Origin: a virus
Length of the DNA stretch: 64,000 nt
Reading direction: 5' to 3' (one strand)
IMG/VR virus record: IMGVR_UViG_3300026197_000002
Location: 1-64,000 of that record
The notes below the pieces were generated by a model, which made no database searches, was not told the origin of the DNA, and was given only the letters and a program-made list of their open reading frames with translations. A program made the translations under genes and the position numbers. This document shows positions 58,701-64,000 of this stretch, piece after piece. Every line of letters starts with the position of its first letter. Within the stretch, counting starts at the first letter, position 1.

Positions 58701-59923
58701 ACTTGAAATCTTTTTTTATTAGACCATCCACCTGATTGAGCTTGTGTTAATACCGTAGTATCTGATGCAGTAGGAGTTCTACCAGGTATATGAAAAGCTC
58801 TTGAATATGTACCATCATTGTACCAGAATCTAATATAAAATGAATATACCTCTCCTGCCATAAACCCATTAAACTCTTGTAAAGCATTCATTTCTTCAGC
58901 AGAAGATGTATTTGATGGAAAATTTATTGACCTATAATCTACAATTGTCCAACCTATTGATATATTATTAGCAAATTGTTGATAATCTAATGTGTCTTTT
59001 TGTTCTAAATTAGCTCCATATAATCTATCATTTAAAAGAGCTAATGATTTAACTTTATTATATCTGATTTCAGGAACTAATAAATCTTCAACTGTGGTAT
59101 TATTATAGTTATTAAGAGATGTAATTAATATAGATTTAGTACTACTATTATAAGATATTAAATCTGATTTATAAGCTAATAATCCTGTACCACCATTAAA
59201 TAATACTCCTACTTTAATAAAATCATAACGAGTATCTAAATTAGTAAATGTAGCAGTTATAGCTTTATCAGTAATTTGATTACCTGCATCACCCTCATAT
59301 TGTTCACCACTTAAACCAGGTGCTGCAAAATCTCCTGATACTATATAAATAGGATTACTAACATTATATTCAGATGTTTCTGTATCAATAGTTGCATAAC
59401 TATATGTAATATAATATGTACCACTACGTAACAAACCTTCTTTTGATATACCTGTTGTAATATTAGCTATATTACTACTAGGAAACATCTCTATATCATT
59501 AGGGTCATCAGCATTAGTAACTATATTAGACGTAGGAGTACCAATATTTATAACCTTAGGTGTATTAAAATCATCTGTAAATGCTACAATAATTTCATTA
59601 TCATTATTAAATTCAGATTTACCTACCACAGGATAATCAGCATTAAAGTTTAATGAAGCTATTATACCACCTACGTCTGTAATTTGTGTTACAGTTAAAT
59701 CAGGTTTCTGCAAGTAGATACTAGGAGTAGTAGTAAAGATTATACTATATTGTCCTAGAGGTACTACTCCTATAATAGTACCTGTTACAGTAGATATAAG
59801 ATTATTACCTAATTCATTAGACGCTTCATCTAATGATTCAGATAATACTATATTTTTAGCAAAGTTTACTTCACCTTCTTGCCTTCTATGAGGACTCCTA
59901 TCTTGTTGAATACCTTTTACCAT
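55763..59923 (-). CDS. tail stabilization / muzzle protein (P22 gp10-like)
   Basis: 1386 aa, beta-rich; AKNI...NELG, FTDDFNTPKVIN, RLYGAN, GEVYSFYI...FHIPGR, VRHHRFP, SFHDY. Confidence 0.85.
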   Translation of the reverse strand: MVKGIQQDRSPHRRQEGEVNFAKNIVLSESLDEASNELGNNLISTVTGTIIGVVPLGQYSIIFTTTPSIYLQKPDLTVTQITDVGGIIASLNFNADYPVVGKSEFNNDNEIIVAFTDDFNTPKVINIGTPTSNIVTNADDPNDIEMFPSSNIANITTGISKEGLLRSGTYYITYSYATIDTETSEYNVSNPIYIVSGDFAAPGLSGEQYEGDAGNQITDKAITATFTNLDTRYDFIKVGVLFNGGTGLLAYKSDLISYNSSTKSILITSLNNYNNTTVEDLLVPEIRYNKVKSLALLNDRLYGANLEQKDTLDYQQFANNISIGWTIVDYRSINFPSNTSSAEEMNALQEFNGFMAGEVYSFYIRFWYNDGTYSRAFHIPGRTPTASDTTVLTQAQSGGWSNKKRFQVQDTVTGVTGGDMGYWENSNEQYPPGFPSLAGNNVRHHRFPSQRYLYDNLRPTNSDIYKIELPILGINVTNVTNIPSDVRYWEILYSKRDSSNSTVYGMGLGNMVATPGTSGGYDVSELWTTGGNWNIDYNGTPTPALSGNEDRFIVDEAISGANNHEYLRFNSFDTRYGLPGLIEPYIEGVCKYETTATVEEGSTGTVDRKTVEYSPVQSLLNSSSAITDSQKNRRIDNYQYMSTNSNSDVGFATFRNESSESTLYLQVYNDGVYTEDFEFQDTMVYPSVGTNDATNASINVPNHLCVLKSAREDCYSTYDSQTLVSTGYYNSGSSGTDILGGDCYQGQYNYITYSKNYPSQTTQDSGSLGGLRNVISHCAESNYNLQLRYELGGDLGSRYFPKQSLDTLFGDYDSQIYTYYDWTVEPNNIGYNTFWNLLNDLKQSFIYNPISDFNEVSLPYKVIRSLEQIPESPLINWKKWLSADSYEQTARNRGEIINIQEYFPNLLIHQERGLFITKDRTELPTSAGKVELGAGDIFAIPPTEIITTQNGYAGTQDQLGCLLSKGIYVFPDSQQGKWFMYAGSNNLKEISGNGLRNYMKKYLPHYETDISVATVNVTATYNSVLGITTIPKRSISYIDGIRCVVNYIPPVGWVSDYDNEYYYISGDSSGTTSVTSVTRCNKRIVNNIDLDNPFTSNGYSVAYDEYNNRIILAKTYDSVNHTYIDDDIKIRGVYRLADTSFINSLIVGDIVLDESDNAIKEVTSVSPIVLTEYNSGGFICSYYPDRDMIVSFHDYNGKYFYDNYNIESNLFAIEDSKIYLHNRGKYNTFGDITYDSIIDYVFYNPEKLQWREIFWNTQVIDENGIPQYDDTFKTMRVWCEKFTTPTVQLNPRLTIKLDYTLTLRRTMDEWHCNIIREDTKNTLWNKDFNRPPIDDFRLDEGVLGDKKFYKRQRFNTDWIVVRLTYKDADKQIIVHNVKPNVKPTQR

Positions 59924-60792
59924 TCTTGTTGTGTTCTAGTAATACTTCTTTCTGTATAAATACTTTCTGCATTATGTCTATAAAAATCTTCAATATTCCA
60001 ATCAGGTATGAGTTTAACAAACTCTGATGAGAAACTTCTAATTTGGTCTGATGATGGAAATGATATAGCTACCCTAGCAGCCAATACAGCTTCCTCATAT
60101 AATTGTTTTAATAACATAAATCCTTGACCACCTCTAAATACCGGATGTTCGTAACCCCTACCTACCATCTTTTGTAATACATAATAATACATAGCATCTC
60201 TAAGATGTGCTGAATCAGGTATCATTGGAAAATTATCACAATCTAAATACCAAGTCATAAAATCTATTTCAACAATTCCTTCTTCAAATGAGAACTTATA
60301 AGCATCTCCATCTATATAATAATATTCTGATATAGTAGTGCTAGGTTGAACACGTTGTAATGTTAATCCTGTATCTCTATTATCTACCAAACTTGTAGAT
60401 ATTTGATTACCATCTTCATCAAATTTAATAGTTCTATTTATATAAAGCCTGTCAGTCCAAGTTGTTGCTGTACTTTCCTGTGAATCCCTAGTATCTTCTG
60501 AAATACCCCAGCGTCTATTAGAATTATGATTACGTACATCAGCACCATAACGTAACCTACAACCTTTGTGAGTTACTGCAATAGTTCTATATACAGGACA
60601 TGGAATATATGCTGTATGGTCAGACACATTTAAACTAATATTACCTCTTATTAATGTAGGTTCACAATTAATCTTTTCCATAACTTCAGCTATCCAACCT
60701 TTCATAGCAGAAATGTCATAGTTTGCATCTTTACCTATATCTGTAATAATTTTAAATATTACAGTCTTAACTGATGTATAACGTTCTATCAT
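59917..60792 (-). CDS. tail tubular / ring protein (P22 gp4-like)
   Basis: YTSVKTVI...WIAE, FSFEEG, DxDNFPMIPD; directly upstream of the muzzle gene. Confidence 0.8.
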   Translation of the reverse strand: MIERYTSVKTVIFKIITDIGKDANYDISAMKGWIAEVMEKINCEPTLIRGNISLNVSDHTAYIPCPVYRTIAVTHKGCRLRYGADVRNHNSNRRWGISEDTRDSQESTATTWTDRLYINRTIKFDEDGNQISTSLVDNRDTGLTLQRVQPSTTISEYYYIDGDAYKFSFEEGIVEIDFMTWYLDCDNFPMIPDSAHLRDAMYYYVLQKMVGRGYEHPVFRGGQGFMLLKQLYEEAVLAARVAISFPSSDQIRSFSSEFVKLIPDWNIEDFYRHNAESIYTERSITRTQQEW

Positions 60793-60804
60793 TGTTATCT
60801 ATAT

Positions 60805-61362
60805 TTAACGTACAAAATTCTTCCTTCTATTAATCTTTTTATATTTATGTATTAAATTAGAATTAGCATTATTAGCTTTAACTAATAAACCCTTAGCACC
60901 AAGTTTATCAGGAGTATTATTATTAGTAGGTTTAAAGTTATGCCACATTCTACCAAATTCCCCCTTATCCCAATTAAATCTTAAAAACCTATTATTATCA
61001 TATAATACTAACCACTTCTCACCATCAGGTGCTGTTTTTTTATTATAAGGAGTTCCTCCTCTAGCTATAATACTCCTTTTAATCTCATTAGATTTTCCCC
61101 AATTAACCTTAGCATTTTTAACTTTATTTTCATCATTTAAAGAAAATACCTTTTCACAATTAATTACATTAATAGACCCAACAGTTCTACCTAATGAAAA
61201 TGATTTACCTTGATAAATGATTTTATCTAATGCTTTTTTCATCATTCTTTCAGCAATTAATCTAAATAGATTATATTGCATAATATCTTTTACCTTATTT
61301 TTTTTAGCTTTATTTTTATACCATTTATAAATATCAGTAAAAGTAACACTTTTATTTCCCAT
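60805..61362 (-). CDS. IHF/HU-like basic protein of the crAss tail module
   Basis: Basic; IIYQGKSFSLG..GSI, VNWGKS, RFNW, FKP; synteny. Confidence 0.7.
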   Translation of the reverse strand: MGNKSVTFTDIYKWYKNKAKKNKVKDIMQYNLFRLIAERMMKKALDKIIYQGKSFSLGRTVGSINVINCEKVFSLNDENKVKNAKVNWGKSNEIKRSIIARGGTPYNKKTAPDGEKWLVLYDNNRFLRFNWDKGEFGRMWHNFKPTNNNTPDKLGAKGLLVKANNANSNLIHKYKKINRRKNFVR

Positions 61363-61380
61363 AATTTTATCTATTATTTA

Positions 61381-62001
61381 TTACCTTAAATCTTCATCAA
61401 TTTCAGCATGTTGTGTTTGTGGTTGTAATGGTGTTAGTAATCTATAAATATTACTAATAATTTGTGATGCCATATCATCTGAAACATGTAACTTATCAGG
61501 TTTACAATCAGAACAATCATATTCTTCAAGAGATAATGGGTCATCATATACCGCTACAATATTTATTTTAGTTAATAATTGATTATTCAATATATATACA
61601 TAATCATTAATTAATGTCCACCTTAAATCTTTAGATGTCCATTTACTGTGCTTAAAAAATGGTATCTCTTGTGGATTAATATAACCTATCCAATTAAGTA
61701 AATCTACAGTAGATACTTTATATTGAGGCATTCCCTCTATATTAATAGCTGTTGGTATTTGTAATTTAGTCTTTAATGCAGCACATATAGGTAAATTACA
61801 TTCATTAGCTAATGTAGAAGATTCTAATTCAAATGTAATAGATGATTCATACTTAGAAGGGTCATCCCCCTTCTTAATACGCTGCTTCAACATCCTAGCC
61901 CTTTCTTGAACAACCAATTTACCTATTGTATTAATAATAGATTCATCAGTATCTCTGCCTAAAATGTTTATAATCTCATATTCTATTTCTTTAATTGTCA
62001 T
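61381..62001 (-). CDS. tail ring protein
   Basis: RARMLKQ, LKTKLQIP, NDYVYI, AVYDDP motifs; synteny. Confidence 0.7.
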   Translation of the reverse strand: MTIKEIEYEIINILGRDTDESIINTIGKLVVQERARMLKQRIKKGDDPSKYESSITFELESSTLANECNLPICAALKTKLQIPTAINIEGMPQYKVSTVDLLNWIGYINPQEIPFFKHSKWTSKDLRWTLINDYVYILNNQLLTKINIVAVYDDPLSLEEYDCSDCKPDKLHVSDDMASQIISNIYRLLTPLQPQTQHAEIDEDLR

Positions 62002-62308
62002 CTTTTAAATCATATTTATCTGTATAATTAAACCCATATTCCTCTATATACTTACTAAAATCTACTGCAAAGAAATCACTACAAGTAGGAACTTCTGTAA
62101 TTTTACCACCTAATTCCATAAAGGCAAAAAATGCCCATTTTAATAATTCTAAATCAAAAGTTCTAACCCATAAAGGGTCTTTTGCAGTAATCTCTTCTAA
62201 TGACCAAAATTTATTAAATAAAACATCCATATCTATAACATCCCAAAATGTTTTATTAAAATGTTCTGTTAATATAGGAGCTTCATTATTTTCTATTAAT
62301 AATTCCAT
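61991..62308 (-). CDS. hypothetical protein (start moved to ATG 62308)
   Basis: aaaaatATG 4 nt after the upstream stop. Confidence 0.65.
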   Translation of the reverse strand: MELLIENNEAPILTEHFNKTFWDVIDMDVLFNKFWSLEEITAKDPLWVRTFDLELLKWAFFAFMELGGKITEVPTCSDFFAVDFSKYIEEYGFNYTDKYDLKDDN

Positions 62309-62312
62309 ATTT

Positions 62313-62873
62313 TTAACATCCACAAGGTTTATAACAATCATCACAATATGTCGCAATACGTGATACTAATTTTACTAAATTAGAAGAATCTTCACTATAT
62401 GCTGCTATCTCATCAATAGTAGTAATTACAGCAGATTCTGTCTGAACATCTGTCCAATAATGGTCTAACTTAACCATATAATTAAGAACTGTAAATAATA
62501 TTACTTTATCTTTATCATAACATTTATAACAATCATTACATAAATTATTCTCTATTAAATTCTTAGTAATCTTTAACATACAATTTAATAAAGATTGATA
62601 AGAACCAACAAGTATATAATATACATTACTAGCATGATAACCTGTAAATTCTATAAGATATAACCCTTCATCTAGTTCAAACTCATAACTTGTAGAAGTA
62701 TCTACATTAACATAGGTAGTACTAGATGTTACTGTTAAATCTAAATTTACTAATTTAGCTGTTATAGTTGGAGTAGTTGTACCCGTTAAATCAGCAGGAG
62801 TAATAATAGTATATTTAGAGGCTGTGTCTTTAGTTATTGTATGAACAAATGTATTTATTGTAATATTTGCCAT
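62313..62873 (-). CDS. putative tail hub/structural protein with C-terminal Cys cluster
   Basis: CNDCYKC...CDDCYKPCGC; position in tail module. Confidence 0.6.
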   Translation of the reverse strand: MANITINTFVHTITKDTASKYTIITPADLTGTTTPTITAKLVNLDLTVTSSTTYVNVDTSTSYEFELDEGLYLIEFTGYHASNVYYILVGSYQSLLNCMLKITKNLIENNLCNDCYKCYDKDKVILFTVLNYMVKLDHYWTDVQTESAVITTIDEIAAYSEDSSNLVKLVSRIATYCDDCYKPCGC

Positions 62874-62885
62874 TATTGTTTAATT

Positions 62886-63998
62886 TTATGGTTCTAATTG
62901 AGTACTAATAGCCTTAGCTTGCATATCTTGATATTGCATTTCTAATGCTGCAATATCTACTGCTCTATCTACTATATTCTGATGTAAGGCTTCATTGAGT
63001 TCCGAGTTCCACCCAGACCTTAAATTTATAGGTCTAGGTATTCTTATATAATCTAGGTAAACCTTGTTGATAGATACATTATCTGCAACATATAGTATAA
63101 TATTATTATTAGTCCTATTATATAAAGGTCTATCTTTACTAGGCTTATCTATTGGAGAATCTATATATTCATAAGTCTTTTTTATATCAATATTTCTACC
63201 TATACCTGTACCTTCAAAAGGAATATTTGCTAAATTTACATTTCTAGTAGTATATTGAACAGCATTAAATATACCCCTACTTCTATAATCATTTATAATA
63301 TAATAATTAGAATCAGTAGGTGTAACACTATATGAAGCACCTCCTGAATTAATTTCTAATTCCATAAACTTACCACTTGCATAAGTTTCATCATCTGATA
63401 CAAATATAAAACTATTAGGGTAATATAAATCATCAAATCTTTCCCAATATACTTCTAAGTTTAGAAATTCATCTAATAAGAATGTATCAGCAGGATTATT
63501 ACGTATAGCTGATGCAGTAGTAATATCTAATCTATTTTCTCTATTTAAGAAATCAAGTATATGATTAACTACATGGTAAGCATCATTCCAACTTTCAATA
63601 GTCCAATTATAATCTGATGAATCAAATAATGTTATAGGAGTACCTGATTGGTCATAGTTAATCTTAATAGTATAACTATTTAATGTAGCAAACATATCTT
63701 TATTCATTGGTACAATAGATATAAATTTATCTACATTTGAATCTGTTATATTATTACCTGATAAAGGATTACATTTATTTCCAGCATCAATATCAGGTTT
63801 AACGTTTACTGTATATAAATGATTACCAGGTAGTTGAAAATAAAAAGTGTTTACGTGAGGTTCAAATAAATGATGAGGTTCTTTAATAACATAACAATCT
63901 AACACTCTATTTTTAGTAAGAATATTAGAAAAATCTTCACTATTCTTATCTATCTTATTACCATGTAATTTCCATTGAGATTCTATAACCCCTAATTG
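62886..63998 (-). CDS. tail ring / head-tail connector protein, 5' end outside the window
   Basis: Frame stays open to the window edge (QLGVIESQWKLHG...); C-terminal YIRIPRPI...ELNEALHQNIVDRAV. Confidence 0.7.
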   Translation of the reverse strand, partial: QLGVIESQWKLHGNKIDKNSEDFSNILTKNRVLDCYVIKEPHHLFEPHVNTFYFQLPGNHLYTVNVKPDIDAGNKCNPLSGNNITDSNVDKFISIVPMNKDMFATLNSYTIKINYDQSGTPITLFDSSDYNWTIESWNDAYHVVNHILDFLNRENRLDITTASAIRNNPADTFLLDEFLNLEVYWERFDDLYYPNSFIFVSDDETYASGKFMELEINSGGASYSVTPTDSNYYIINDYRSRGIFNAVQYTTRNVNLANIPFEGTGIGRNIDIKKTYEYIDSPIDKPSKDRPLYNRTNNNIILYVADNVSINKVYLDYIRIPRPINLRSGWNSELNEALHQNIVDRAVDIAALEMQYQDMQAKAISTQLEP

Positions 63999-64000
63999 AC

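Noticed and set aside
1-64000. Stop-codon reassignment (TAG or TGA), common in some crAss-like phages
   Set aside because: Long genes are uninterrupted under code 11, and TAG ends genes at sensible positions (8016, 19614, 20407, 55763)

Overview
This is a 64 kb segment of an AT-rich crAss-like (Crassvirales-type) phage genome using the standard genetic code. The host is probably a Bacteroidota, given A-rich non-Shine-Dalgarno start contexts and a TTG-N20-TAnnTTTG promoter. The + strand (1-31.8 kb) begins with a mosaic block of small accessory genes: an LRR protein, two nucleotidyltransferases, a lipoprotein, two cell-wall enzymes and gene remnants. A replication module follows, with family B DNA polymerase, SF2 helicase, DnaB-like helicase, Sak4-like AAA ATPase, SSB-like protein, primase, PD-(D/E)XK nuclease, DUF3310 and a MazG-like protein. 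The - strand (31.9-64 kb) carries ring/tail proteins, an IHF-like protein, the muzzle, two cargo proteins, a 5392-aa virion RNA polymerase and a further large virion protein. The two blocks converge on a bidirectional terminator at about 31.84 kb. Main observations: (1) a promoter- and terminator-bounded ~90-nt non-coding RNA whose first 15 nt can pair with the primase translation-initiation region, plus a second structured RNA with weaker complementarity to the polB start; (2) a -1 frameshift signal (A_AAA_AAG plus a 13-bp stem) joining a 4-TM membrane protein to a coiled-coil ORF that has no ATG start; (3) an ART-like domain, a degenerate zincin and repeat-flanked variable cassettes inside the virion RNAP. 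All protein calls come from motif recognition by eye; no searches were run.
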